Counted from the first letter of the stretch, positions 52,836-62,896 are shown. The stretch is 64,000 nt of DNA from Candidatus Poribacteria bacterium (GCA_965197475.1 CBDANF010000003.1:3744001-3808000), one strand, 5' to 3'. A program made the numbers and translations. The notes: generated from the sequence alone by a model not told the origin.

Positions 52836-54209
52836 TTACTTTTGAGTTTGAAATAGATGTTCTAAAATTTGCAACCGTAATTCTGTCTCTAATTCTTTCA
52901 TCTCGGGTAACCCCGCGAGATTATTTGTTTCATCGGGATCGTTTTGCACATTAAATAAGAGATACGGTTTACCATCTGTATTTAATGCGATTTTCCATTC
53001 CTGATTTAACAACATAATTTCACCTGATATTTCAGAAATAGCAAATTCACGGTGCGTTGATTCTGTATCAGCAAGAACAGGATTCAAGGATTTTCCGAAT
53101 TGACGGTGCTTTAACTCGCCACCTGCCAATTCAACAAGTGTAGGTCCAATATCAATCCATTCAACAGGACTTTCACACACAAGATCTTCTGCAGCATTTT
53201 TCACTGTTTCGGGAGTTCGGACAAGTAGTGGGACGCGGACAGCACCGTTGAGGAAGTTGCTTTTGTAAATCAACCCATAATCGCCATTCATTTCTCCGTG
53301 ATCGGAGCAGTGGATGATGACGGTATTTTCGAGTTCACCGCGCTCCTGAATTGCTTCAAGAATTTCGCCAATCTGCGCATCAATGAGCGTGACATTACCG
53401 GCATAGTCTGCGCGGAGTTTTCCGATTTCACCTTCTTCAAATTTGGGGTTCATCCGATTCATCATATTATCCAAATTGCCACGAGGGCGAACTCCGGCTG
53501 CTTGTCGGGGAATTGGTGGTGGCATATCATTCGGGTCATACATGCTGGCGTAGGGTTCAGGTGTATCCCAAGGTTCATGGGGTCCTCCGAAACTAACCCA
53601 ACAGCACCACGGTTCTTGGTGGTCATAGTTTTGAAGATACTGCTTTGCTTGCTGTCCAACATAGACATCCGCGTAGTTTTCAAGTCCGAGTGTTGAGGGA
53701 CGGACAAGGTAAGGTTTTGTGCTGAATCGTTCACGATAATCGGCACGGTATGCATCCCACAACCCTTTCTCTTCCCACATTGCTGTCATGTGTGACTTGA
53801 GACGCGTACTCGCCCGTGGCCCTCCGATCTCGTCCACATCGTCTAAGCCATAGGCGTTCAACAAATCTTCACACTCACGCATGTCGTTGTTGCCTTGAGG
53901 GTGAAGGTGTGTTTTACCGAACAGGCTTGTTTGATAACCAGCGTCTCGAACTGCCTGCATCCATGTCGGCGTTTCTGCCGACATGGTATGTCTCATATTA
54001 TTCCAAACACCGGTATTATGCGGATATAAACCTGTTGCTAAACTGAGCCGTGTAGGGACACAAACCGGAGAGGTAGTGACGCAGTTGGTGAATCGAACAC
54101 CTTCACCTGCAATTCGATCTAAATTTGGGGTTTGAACCCAGTCTCCACTGCAGCCCATTGCATCCCATCGCTGCTGATCTGTCATGAGAAGAAGAATGTT
54201 TGGTTTCAT
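52836..54209 (-). CDS. Sulfatase (choline-sulfatase-like family)
   Basis: PNILLLMTDQQRWD, CVPTR, GKTH, PHEP, SDHG. Confidence 0.93.
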   Translation of the reverse strand: MKPNILLLMTDQQRWDAMGCSGDWVQTPNLDRIAGEGVRFTNCVTTSPVCVPTRLSLATGLYPHNTGVWNNMRHTMSAETPTWMQAVRDAGYQTSLFGKTHLHPQGNNDMRECEDLLNAYGLDDVDEIGGPRASTRLKSHMTAMWEEKGLWDAYRADYRERFSTKPYLVRPSTLGLENYADVYVGQQAKQYLQNYDHQEPWCCWVSFGGPHEPWDTPEPYASMYDPNDMPPPIPRQAAGVRPRGNLDNMMNRMNPKFEEGEIGKLRADYAGNVTLIDAQIGEILEAIQERGELENTVIIHCSDHGEMNGDYGLIYKSNFLNGAVRVPLLVRTPETVKNAAEDLVCESPVEWIDIGPTLVELAGGELKHRQFGKSLNPVLADTESTHREFAISEISGEIMLLNQEWKIALNTDGKPYLLFNVQNDPDETNNLAGLPEMKELETELRLQILEHLFQTQK

Positions 54210-54231
54210 AGCTTTCCTGCTGTTTGTAGTC

Positions 54232-54516
54232 TGTAGGTTAGGTTGAACTTGCGAAACCCATAACTGTCAATTTAAGGAGATGAATCCGTTTTTCTTGTCA
54301 GAATCTCGAATTGTCTGAACCAAGATTGACAGGATTATCGGATTTACAAGATTGTAGTGTTCTCTTTGTAGCGCAAACTTTTAGTTTGCGTCCCTTTTTG
54401 ATGCACAAACTAAAAGTTTGTGCTACAGTCCAATATATTCGGGCTTACAAAGCCCTCCTACAAGAATATCTATCACTAAATTGACACCTATGGGGTAGAG
54501 CAAAGCAAACCCGACA
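54232..54516. mobile_element. MITE with cata.(c/g)tgtcaattta ends inserted in a REP and containing a REP doublet
   Basis: cccataactgtcaatttaagg (~54257) and ctaaattgacacctatggg (~54477), flanked by halves of gtaggtt.ggttgaacttgcgaaaccc. Confidence 0.65.
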
Positions 54517-54518
54517 AT

Positions 54519-54767
54519 TTATTCCTTGTTCAGGGAGAACAATTCCAATGACTGCTTTAGCTCCAAACGAATAGAGTCGTCAAATGGAATATGAAGCATC
54601 TCAAAAAATTCATCAACATCAGCTAAACCAAGGTTGTCCATTACCGATTTAAGTTTATCGATCAAATCCTTTCTACTGAGTTGACTCAAATTCGGATCCA
54701 ACAGTGGGTACGAATCACGATTATCGTTTTCTACAAATAGTCCTGATTTATCCTATAATTCGTTCAT
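54519..54767 (-). pseudogene. Small hypothetical gene with an amber stop at codon 5
   Basis: AGGAGG RBS and ATGA overlap with the upstream gene; MNEL*DKSGLFVEND..LLDPNLSQ in frame with ORF 54519-54701. Confidence 0.5.
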
Positions 54768-56305
54768 TTTATCCTCCTTTTGAGTTTTGCCCAAGAGGTT
54801 GTGAGTTTATTGTGTGAACTGACTGATAAATTTTCTTCAACTTCAACCACATTGTTATCAAGAGGCTCAGAAATAAACACGCGCGCATTTCCTAAAACAA
54901 AATGGTCACAAAATATATCATCTTTTGCATCTGTTATTTTTATCGTGAATGTTTTTGTGTCACTCGGAAAATCTACTACAATCTGCTTATTTTGTGCAGC
55001 AGGAGGACGCAATGTACCGGACCAGTAAACTTCAACGTCATCTGCTAAACAAATCACTTCTATATCTGCTGCGCCATCGCATGGATTCGGCATATAAAGA
55101 GTGGCTTCAAATCTGTTATAATCACCACTACTAACATCATAGACAAAACGACTTTTCGCGTGTGAATAGAACCAACTATCCCACTCATTTAATTTTGGTA
55201 CATCAATATACCAATCCGGTAATCGTGGTCTGGGTCTATTCGGTTGCTTTTCAAAAATACCAGCGTTTTCCCAACCGCACCACTCGTTGGGATTATTTGT
55301 GGGAACAAGTGAATCGGCTCGCATATCTCTAATCGTTAGGTATTTCAGCTTACCATCGTTTGCAGATATAGGCTGCTCGGGTAAAACATAATTTTTAGGA
55401 TACCATAACCAATTACCGTTATTATCCATAAGTTGTATCCAAACAGTCGTATTATTTTCAATAAATCTGTGTTCTACATCTATAATTGCTGTATCATTGT
55501 TGCCATTGAGAAAATCCCAACCGATGATGTTTGTATTCAAAAATGCATAGGCTTGGTGTAGTCCATTGGGGTCTGAAACATCTATACGAAAACGAATATC
55601 GTCACCAAATGCTTCAGCACCATGAAACTTCACTATACTCGGTGCAAAACCAAAAATCCATACATCGTTGAAATAATAGGACTTGGATAACCACTTTGCT
55701 TCGTGTAAAGAGAGTTTTTTGCCTGAGCCTAATATAAATTCCTGCGGATCATATAACACTATATGCCATAAGCCAAAAGCATGTCCCAACTCATGCAATA
55801 TAACTTGCTCTGTGTTCGCTTTCGTGGTTTCTCCACTAAGAACATAAGCGTGATCTTCCCCTTTATCCCACCATCCGCCAGGGTTGGTATCGGCTGTGCC
55901 TCCTGCCCTTCCGTCCTGAAGTGCAGGCATACCCGCCATAACAATGACATATATATTTTTCTTATCATTAAATTTTTTCTCTAATTCCTGTTTAACTAAA
56001 GATATTGTGTCGCCACTATAATGTGCTTTATTATGTTTGCCGTTAAATTTATGGACAATAACTTGCCCTTGGTTATCGGTTTCTAATCTAAAGGTCTTGC
56101 CGGGAAACCCATGACGATCCATTTCACTACGATATACTTCCTGATTATTCTTCATGATATTATCCAAATCCAACCAATCAGACCTGTCGATACTATCCGT
56201 CGGCATGAAATATACAGTTTGCACAGTATATTCTACGGACTCGGATGCTACCGGTATCAGAATAGATAGCAGTAAGCAGGCGAGTAGTGGTTTGAGATGT
56301 TTCAT
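54764..56305 (-). CDS. Secreted metzincin-type zinc metallopeptidase with NPCBM-like domain and C-terminal sorting-like motif
   Basis: Signal peptide; HELGHAFGLWH (HExxHxxGxxH); HAKSRFVYD..DHFVLGNAR; VSSHNKLTTSWAKLK. Confidence 0.85.
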   Translation of the reverse strand: MKHLKPLLACLLLSILIPVASESVEYTVQTVYFMPTDSIDRSDWLDLDNIMKNNQEVYRSEMDRHGFPGKTFRLETDNQGQVIVHKFNGKHNKAHYSGDTISLVKQELEKKFNDKKNIYVIVMAGMPALQDGRAGGTADTNPGGWWDKGEDHAYVLSGETTKANTEQVILHELGHAFGLWHIVLYDPQEFILGSGKKLSLHEAKWLSKSYYFNDVWIFGFAPSIVKFHGAEAFGDDIRFRIDVSDPNGLHQAYAFLNTNIIGWDFLNGNNDTAIIDVEHRFIENNTTVWIQLMDNNGNWLWYPKNYVLPEQPISANDGKLKYLTIRDMRADSLVPTNNPNEWCGWENAGIFEKQPNRPRPRLPDWYIDVPKLNEWDSWFYSHAKSRFVYDVSSGDYNRFEATLYMPNPCDGAADIEVICLADDVEVYWSGTLRPPAAQNKQIVVDFPSDTKTFTIKITDAKDDIFCDHFVLGNARVFISEPLDNNVVEVEENLSVSSHNKLTTSWAKLKRRIK

Positions 56306-56331
56306 TTAGAAAACTCCTGTTTTCTGAGGTA

Positions 56332-56896
56332 GTTGGGTTTCGCAAGCTCTACCCATAGGTGTCAATTTAAGGATCGAATATGTGTGTTTTATGTGTCTAA
56401 GTTAAGTGTTGCAAAGTGGAGACACCTCTTGCATAATGTAGAAAATAACACAATTTATTTCTACAAAAGAGGTGTTCCGATGTCTATATTAACACAGGTT
56501 TCCAACATAATGCAAGAGATACTCCAAAATACCAGGGTTATTTAGTTTTAAGAATTTTCAGTTGATGAGTGTTACTGAAAGTTTATATTGTAGGTTGTGT
56601 TGAGTTTGCGAAACCAATAACTGTCAACTTCAGGATTTTAACCTCTATTTTATTTGTGTTTTAGCCCCAGAGGGGCGACAGGTGTATAGAAAACGCGCGG
56701 TAGCACACAGACAAAGCTCCAGAGGGGCGAAAGGTGTATCACAACACACATATAATACACACCTGTCGCACCGCTGGTGCTAAAGAAGGGTTTCGCAGCG
56801 TACTATAAACATAGCGTTTCTACAGGACTGAAAAGCATTATTTATATTCGAAAATCCTTAAGTTGACACCTATGGGTAGAGCTTGCGAAACCCAAC
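56332..56896. mobile_element. 565-bp composite non-autonomous element bounded by 43-bp inverted repeats
   Basis: gttgggtttcgcaagctctacccataggtgtcaatttaaggat and its reverse complement (1 mismatch) at 56854-56896; holds an IS-end remnant and REPIN-like repeats. Confidence 0.8.
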
Positions 56897-56907
56897 AATC
56901 TTAACGG

Positions 56908-57801
56908 TCAATGCGAGTTTAATTTTGACACATTCAAATTTGCGTAAGTCCTTGTCCGTTCAACCCGATTAATTCCAGCATCAACAAATGCTTTGGACAA
57001 CGTCTCATAAGATAACGTAACAGCCGCAAGCGGATCGTAGTTTTCACGTGCCTGTACCATAAAACTGACTTCAGCAGTGATAAACCCATCATATCCATGT
57101 GCCTGCATCGCCTTAAGATAACCGACATAATCAAAAGTGCCCTCACCGGGGATAAGGAATTCAAAGTCTGGTGCGATACCGCGCTGATCTTTGACGTGTG
57201 TATGTGCAGAGACTGCAGCTAAGGCAGACACAGTGTCTTCCGTGGGCATTCCAACGATGTCAAAATGGCTAATGTCGAAGTTAACTTTGAAATAAGGGGA
57301 ATTAACGATTTCAAGAAGTTCAAGCACTTTATCGGGAGTATCAATGGTTGCGCCGATGTGCGGTTCCATCGCAATCGTAACACCTTTGGATGCCCCATAA
57401 TCAACCAACTCACCAACCCTCTCAGCGAGGAAGTCTTTTTTTGTATCCCACTCTTCCGGTTTTCCACGAGAGGTAGTATTCACTACTGGTAGTTCCTCCC
57501 CCTGTGCAAGTTCCACAGCCAAATCAACACCGCCTTTAAGCCGCCACATATTTCTTGCATGAGACTCTGGATCGATATCCATCAGATTAGAATGCGCAGC
57601 GATTGCTGGTAATGCCAAGTTATGCTGTTTCAGCATTGACGCAATGCGTTTTCGTTCTACCGCATCAAGTGTGCTAAGCTCGGTCGTAAAGGGCGGAATG
57701 ATGGTCAGTTCAATCCCATCGAATCCAAGGTTAGCAATGTGGGATATTGCGGTATTTATAGGGACAGTAGGCATTCCCCATGTGCTATATCCGAGTTTCA
57801 T
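56908..57801 (-). CDS. Sugar phosphate isomerase/epimerase (xylose-isomerase-like TIM barrel)
   Basis: GFDGIEL, MEPH, NFDISHF, HTHVKD, PGEG.FD, GY.G.ITAE. Confidence 0.9.
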   Translation of the reverse strand: MKLGYSTWGMPTVPINTAISHIANLGFDGIELTIIPPFTTELSTLDAVERKRIASMLKQHNLALPAIAAHSNLMDIDPESHARNMWRLKGGVDLAVELAQGEELPVVNTTSRGKPEEWDTKKDFLAERVGELVDYGASKGVTIAMEPHIGATIDTPDKVLELLEIVNSPYFKVNFDISHFDIVGMPTEDTVSALAAVSAHTHVKDQRGIAPDFEFLIPGEGTFDYVGYLKAMQAHGYDGFITAEVSFMVQARENYDPLAAVTLSYETLSKAFVDAGINRVERTRTYANLNVSKLNSH

Positions 57802-57848
57802 GTAGATTTCTCCTTATATGATGAACATTGCAGTTTGAGGTGAGGTCC

Positions 57849-58544
57849 TCATCCGAAAAACGCAACAATTGAATCGAGCCAATCGTTTATTAGAAAATCA
57901 ACACGTTGAATTAGTAGAGCCACACGCCCCATAACGGTGTTTCCAAATGCTGAACCGAACCCTATCATGAGAAAGGCAATTCCGACCTTTGATATCCATT
58001 TGACGGGACCTCTGTGTTCTACCGAAAAGAAAAAATATGTGAGTGTGCAAATTACGCCAATTACCATAAGGGCTGCCCCGATAACGAGAGCAGTAAATTC
58101 TCCAGGAGGCATTGCTTCTACACTGACCCCTGTAATTTGATTATGAATTTCTGAAAACGGTTCAACTGTTCCACGTGTTTGCTCAAAAATATGGGCTCGA
58201 AGAACATTTGGAATAGCAAGCCCACAACCCACACCGATGAGGATCGCACTCGGAAACCGAATCAACCAAGTATGTCGTGGTGATAACCCAGCGAAAAATA
58301 ACAACCCAACCCCAATGGGAATTAGCTTAATTAAACCTAATAGCGATTCCCCTGTTACTGCTGCCCAAAATGGTTGCCATGCAAACGGTATAAATCCTTG
58401 ATGATAAGAAAGGACGATACCGTATCCGACTGACATACCTACGAAGAGATATTCTGCAAACCGATAAAACGGATTGTCTCGGTAAAGAAAACTATATATG
58501 CATAATGTTAAAAATGCGGCAATCCAGATGCCCAAAAGTTCCAT
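57849..58544 (-). CDS. Uncharacterised integral membrane protein (4th gene of the DUF6754-like module)
   Basis: GAGGAG RBS, ATG 58544; LTLCIYSFLYRDNPFYRFAEYLFVG, L.YFFFS.EH.G, M.GFG.AFG.TVMGR; about 6 TM. Confidence 0.8.
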   Translation of the reverse strand: MELLGIWIAAFLTLCIYSFLYRDNPFYRFAEYLFVGMSVGYGIVLSYHQGFIPFAWQPFWAAVTGESLLGLIKLIPIGVGLLFFAGLSPRHTWLIRFPSAILIGVGCGLAIPNVLRAHIFEQTRGTVEPFSEIHNQITGVSVEAMPPGEFTALVIGAALMVIGVICTLTYFFFSVEHRGPVKWISKVGIAFLMIGFGSAFGNTVMGRVALLIQRVDFLINDWLDSIVAFFG

Positions 58545-58548
58545 TAAT

Positions 58549-59364
58549 TTACTCCTCTTGCTTTCTCTGAACAAAGAAGGCGATGTTGCCAATAATCACC
58601 AATAAAACGATCAACAGATGTACAAACGATTCAACATTTATCCACAACATCCCTTTTGCGGGGGCGTTAATTAAATGTTCATATTCGGCAGCACCAGCAA
58701 TACCTGATATCAGACCTATTAATTGTCCGGTTTGCAAATAAGGATACATTTGCGAGATAATGACACCTGTGACACCCGCGGCGATTTGCTGATTGAATTG
58801 CACATTCGCAAAGGTAATCCATGACTCTGTTAAACTTCCAGAAGATAGATCAATAACTAATTCAATCTGATCGTAGTTCGTAATGTTTTCCATCATCGGT
58901 AATTCGGCAATAGGTGTTCGGTAATAATCATTTTCATAGATACTTGCGATATCAGTTCCCATGCCGAGAATCACTAATTCGATACCAGGACGAAATCCGA
59001 GGAAAACATAATCTTCACCGTTGACAGCATCTTTTTCTTTTGCGACTTCCTCCATCAGATCACTTCCCATAGTTGTTCCCACGGCATAAAGCGTAAGTCC
59101 GATAACTTTAACATCTTTTTCAAAACACTGTTTCAGTATTGCTTTAGCCATAGGATTCAGTTCCGCTAAAGAGGAGGGACCGTAGTCAAAAACAAGCATA
59201 ATCGTTGATCCTGCGGGAAGTTGATCAATAAAGTCGTAGAGTTTCTGAGTCGGTTCGGAAATTGATACGGGTAAACTGACAGATAACAACATGGGGATGA
59301 TGACTGCCAACGCAACCAGAATAAAAACAATTCGTCGATCCATATTTACCAATTTAGTTAGCAT
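58549..59364 (-). CDS. Uncharacterised protein with TM-soluble alpha/beta domain-TM layout
   Basis: DRRIVF TM, FDYGPSS.AEL.P, GEDYV.LGF.PG, YPYLQTGQL.GL..G..GAAEYE, C-terminal TM. Confidence 0.8.
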   Translation of the reverse strand: MLTKLVNMDRRIVFILVALAVIIPMLLSVSLPVSISEPTQKLYDFIDQLPAGSTIMLVFDYGPSSLAELNPMAKAILKQCFEKDVKVIGLTLYAVGTTMGSDLMEEVAKEKDAVNGEDYVFLGFRPGIELVILGMGTDIASIYENDYYRTPIAELPMMENITNYDQIELVIDLSSGSLTESWITFANVQFNQQIAAGVTGVIISQMYPYLQTGQLIGLISGIAGAAEYEHLINAPAKGMLWINVESFVHLLIVLLVIIGNIAFFVQRKQEE

Positions 59365-59367
59365 GCG

Positions 59368-60030
59368 TTAATCTCCTCCACCAAGATATGAACGTTCAAT
59401 ACCTAAGATAATGCGGATGGACTGTGAAATAACTCCTAAACTCACACCGAGGATAATACCACGTCTGGCAGAGAGATTCGGATTGTCTAAAATCCACTGT
59501 TTCATGCCTGAGGAACCATTAGCTAATGTTTCTGCCCAAGGTGTCCACGATATTAAAGTGTTCCAAATTAAATCACCAACAGGCACATTTCCCAACATAA
59601 CAATTACTGCAGTAATTAGGAGTAGCGTTGCCTCAGTGTTTCGTGCGCGGAATGCACGGTACGCTGCCGATGCGATAAAGAAAGCGAGCAGCGAAAACAT
59701 AGTCGCATCCATCGGCAGTTGCACATTGTTAAATAACCATTCAAAGATGGGGTGTTGGGGACCAAAGGGGATTCCCACCGCCACCATAATTGCGATTCCC
59801 GCAAAAACAAGAAAACTGTACTGCCAATGTTCAGTACGGCGACTAATACGGGTGACATGAGTTTGGAGAAGTGTTATTGTGCTGAACACTAAGGCGAAAG
59901 GTGTTATAATCCGTGCCCAACTCATTATTTCTTCATAAACTCCTTGAGAAAATGAATGTGGACTGAACTGTGTAAAAATTATAACTACCCCGAAAAGAAA
60001 GCAGAGAATTAAGGGAATTTGTCTCTTCAT
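59368..60030 (-). CDS. Uncharacterised integral membrane protein
   Basis: ATMFSLLAFFIASAAYRAFRAR, ARRGIILG..LG, R.ILG.ERSYLG; 5-6 TM. Confidence 0.8.
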   Translation of the reverse strand: MKRQIPLILCFLFGVVIIFTQFSPHSFSQGVYEEIMSWARIITPFALVFSTITLLQTHVTRISRRTEHWQYSFLVFAGIAIMVAVGIPFGPQHPIFEWLFNNVQLPMDATMFSLLAFFIASAAYRAFRARNTEATLLLITAVIVMLGNVPVGDLIWNTLISWTPWAETLANGSSGMKQWILDNPNLSARRGIILGVSLGVISQSIRIILGIERSYLGGGD

Positions 60031-60038
60031 TATACCTC

Positions 60039-61187
60039 CTAATCCAACCGTTGTAAGAGCGTTGTTATCCAGTTAACACCGAATAGTTCAAGAACCACGC
60101 CAAGAACAATGGTTGCAAAAATGAGTATTTTTCCCCAATCTTGTCCTCTGAGGCTTCCGAGTAGCATCGGTTCATTGGAGAGGTAGGCACTTGCGGCGTA
60201 CAATTCTTCACCAATCAAGGTATAATCACATGCTGTGATTAAGAAGGGGAGTTGGTGTTCAGAATCTGTTCCAGCAATCTGAATCGCGCCGATGGAATTA
60301 CCGGTTTCTGCAAGGATAAGTGATTCTGCGTAGAATGTACCTTGTAAAAATATGGCAGCAGGTTTTTCACGTAGCATCATCCCGTCTACACCAGCAGCAT
60401 AAGCGAATTGGCTATCGGTGAGAAAGAAGATATTCTCCTCGCTATAGGCATCGGGACGACCTTCATCAAGATATGAGGCTTTTACCATTTCACGAACTAC
60501 GTTCAGGACAATCGGATCATTACAGGGTACGCGTAGGGTTGTTTCATAATCTGCGGTTCGTCGTGCGACCTGTCCGAGAATTGTCATACTCGCGATAGTG
60601 GCAGGTCCACTGACACCGCCTAACCCTAACACGTATAAAATGGATCGTCCCATCTCGGTTGCTCTGCCGATTGCCTCATCTACTGCTTCAAGTCCAGGAA
60701 TACGGCGAACGAATACCTCTTTGCTATTTCGGGAAAGGTATATACTTCCAAGAATCGCTGCTGAAAAAATTAGCATTGCAATAAAAAGTTGGATTTTGCC
60801 GGGGTGAAACCATTGGTCTGTCGCTTTGGCAGGAGCGGATTTTTCTGAATCCACTGTCACTTCGGTGTCGGTAACAGCACGGACAATATATTCGTAAGTC
60901 TCACCTTGTTGTATGTCCTTGTCTTTGTATCTTGTTTCGCCTGCTTTCAATATTTCAGCAATCATCTCAAATGTTCCATCGGGTGTACTACGTAGTATTT
61001 GATAGCCTGTGATACCACTATCTTTTTGAGCTTTATCCCATGTAATGGTGATGCTGGTGGTATCGTTTGGGGTATCCTTTGCAGTTACGTTTGATGGAGG
61101 CGCAGGCTCTTGGCTAAACGCGTAGGTGCCGCATAAAAATAAAACCGAGCAAACGACTACCCATAAAATTGTTTTATTGTATGTCAT
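60039..61187 (-). CDS. Fibronectin type III + DUF6754-like membrane protein
   Basis: Signal peptide, FN3 (PSNVTA..ITITW..GYQILR..YEYIVRAV), TM, RRIPGLEAVDEAIGRATEMGR, FYAESLILAETG, IGEELYAASAYL, C-terminal TM. Confidence 0.82.
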   Translation of the reverse strand: MTYNKTILWVVVCSVLFLCGTYAFSQEPAPPSNVTAKDTPNDTTSITITWDKAQKDSGITGYQILRSTPDGTFEMIAEILKAGETRYKDKDIQQGETYEYIVRAVTDTEVTVDSEKSAPAKATDQWFHPGKIQLFIAMLIFSAAILGSIYLSRNSKEVFVRRIPGLEAVDEAIGRATEMGRSILYVLGLGGVSGPATIASMTILGQVARRTADYETTLRVPCNDPIVLNVVREMVKASYLDEGRPDAYSEENIFFLTDSQFAYAAGVDGMMLREKPAAIFLQGTFYAESLILAETGNSIGAIQIAGTDSEHQLPFLITACDYTLIGEELYAASAYLSNEPMLLGSLRGQDWGKILIFATIVLGVVLELFGVNWITTLLQRLD

Positions 61188-61218
61188 ACATTCCTCAAAA
61201 AAGAGTTGGAATTATAAA

Positions 61219-62307
61219 CTAATAACATTGTGAAATTGCTTCTATAATCTGTGTGTCTGTCACATCGTCTCGGATAACGACTTCTCCAATACATGTCGGT
61301 AATATGAGGCGCAGTTTACCACCGAGTGTTTTTTTATCTAAATACATGGCATCGCATATCGCTACGGGAGAAAGATCAGATGGAAAAGTCAGCGGCAATT
61401 TTGCGCGATTTAAAAGAGTGTGTTGACGTTCAAAGTCGGTTTCAGAGAACATTCCCAAATTGACTGCTAATCGTGCTGCGCAATTTATGCCGATAGAAAC
61501 AGCTTCTCCATGTCTATATTTTTTGTAGTGTGTTAATGCCTCAAGTGCATGACCGAAGGTGTGTCCATAGTTAAGCACCATTCGCAAACCGCTCTCTTTT
61601 TCATCTTTTGCGACTATATCTGCTTTGTTCGCACATGCACAAGCGATCATCTCAATTAACGTTGCTACATCTAAATTTAATATCGCGTCAAGGTATTCTT
61701 CTACCATTTCAAACAAAGACTCATCGCGGATGACACCCATCTTGATCACTTCAATGAGTCCTGCACGGATATCCCGTTGCGGTAAGGTTTCAAGCGTATT
61801 GACATCAATCAGCACTAATTTTGGTTGGTGGAACACACCGATAAGATTTTTGCCTTTGGGGTGATTAATTGCTGTTTTACCGCCGACGCTTGCGTCAACT
61901 TGTGCCTGCAAGGTGGTTGGGATTTGCACGTAAGCGATACCTCGCATGTATACTGCTGCCGCAAACCCACCCAAATCTCCCACCACACCGCCACCGAGAG
62001 CAATGAGCGTTGAACTCCTATCAAGTTGGTTATCAATTAAGCTATCCAGTATTTGGGATAATTGCTCTAACGATTTACTTCCTTCACCGACAGGAACATC
62101 AAAGGTAGCAATGTCAAACCCCGCATCTTTTAGATTTTCCGAGACAAGGGGAGCATAACGATGATTAACGAAAGTATCTGTAACAATTAGCACCTTTGTA
62201 GATTTAGCATAAGACTTCAGAAATTTCCCAATCCGGTTGAGAATCCCCGCCCCGACGAATAGCGGATAACTGTTCTCATTAAGTTCAACGTGTAAGGTTT
62301 TTATCAT
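61219..62307 (-). CDS. aroB: 3-dehydroquinate synthase
   Basis: GGGVVGDL, PTTL..QVDASVGGKT, LNYGHTFGHALE, HGEAV; likely start ATG 62307. Confidence 0.96.
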   Translation of the reverse strand: MIKTLHVELNENSYPLFVGAGILNRIGKFLKSYAKSTKVLIVTDTFVNHRYAPLVSENLKDAGFDIATFDVPVGEGSKSLEQLSQILDSLIDNQLDRSSTLIALGGGVVGDLGGFAAAVYMRGIAYVQIPTTLQAQVDASVGGKTAINHPKGKNLIGVFHQPKLVLIDVNTLETLPQRDIRAGLIEVIKMGVIRDESLFEMVEEYLDAILNLDVATLIEMIACACANKADIVAKDEKESGLRMVLNYGHTFGHALEALTHYKKYRHGEAVSIGINCAARLAVNLGMFSETDFERQHTLLNRAKLPLTFPSDLSPVAICDAMYLDKKTLGGKLRLILPTCIGEVVIRDDVTDTQIIEAISQCY

Positions 62308-62896
62308 TTTGTTTTCTCGGGTGTTTTTGAGGGGCTGCGTCCGTATAGTAGATTTTTTTAATGTGCGCGATAATTTCACTGAACGATCTTCCGGTTGTTT
62401 CCACCGTATAATCCGCTTGTGCATAATGAGGTGTACGTTCCACTAACATATTTCGAATTGTTTCCATCGCATCGGGGGTTTGGAGCAGGGGACGGTGTGT
62501 TTGATGACCAACGCGCCGATAGATTTCCTCAGGCGTTGCTGTTAAGCAGAAAACAACACCGTTTTCTTTAAGTTTCGCGACGTTTGCCTCTTTCAAAACG
62601 ACACCACCTCCAGTCGAAATAACATGATTGTGTAGTTCTGAAACTTTGTGAACAGCCTCACTCTCAAGTTGACGAAAAACAACTTCACCGTCTTGCGCAA
62701 AAATATCACTGATGCGTCTCCGATTATCTTTTTCAATAACACTGTCAGTATCAATGAATCGCATCCGCAATTGCGAGGAAAGCCTTTTACCGACAGAGGT
62801 TTTTCCTGTCCCCATATAACCGACAAGAACGATATTAGGGTTTCTTTTAAGCGGTCGATTCACCTGTTTTCGCGCCTTTCTACATACTTTTTGCAA
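62285..62896 (-). CDS. aroK: Shikimate kinase
   Basis: GYMGTGKT, D.D, FR..E, STGGG, RPLL; start possibly GTG 62863. Confidence 0.94.
   Translation of the reverse strand: MQKVCRKARKQVNRPLKRNPNIVLVGYMGTGKTSVGKRLSSQLRMRFIDTDSVIEKDNRRRISDIFAQDGEVVFRQLESEAVHKVSELHNHVISTGGGVVLKEANVAKLKENGVVFCLTATPEEIYRRVGHQTHRPLLQTPDAMETIRNMLVERTPHYAQADYTVETTGRSFSEIIAHIKKIYYTDAAPQKHPRKQNDKNLTR

Noticed and set aside
56333-56545. Short ORFs 56333-56545, 37498-37803 and 15986-16261
   Set aside because: They run through REP, MITE or IS-end DNA and are not credible genes
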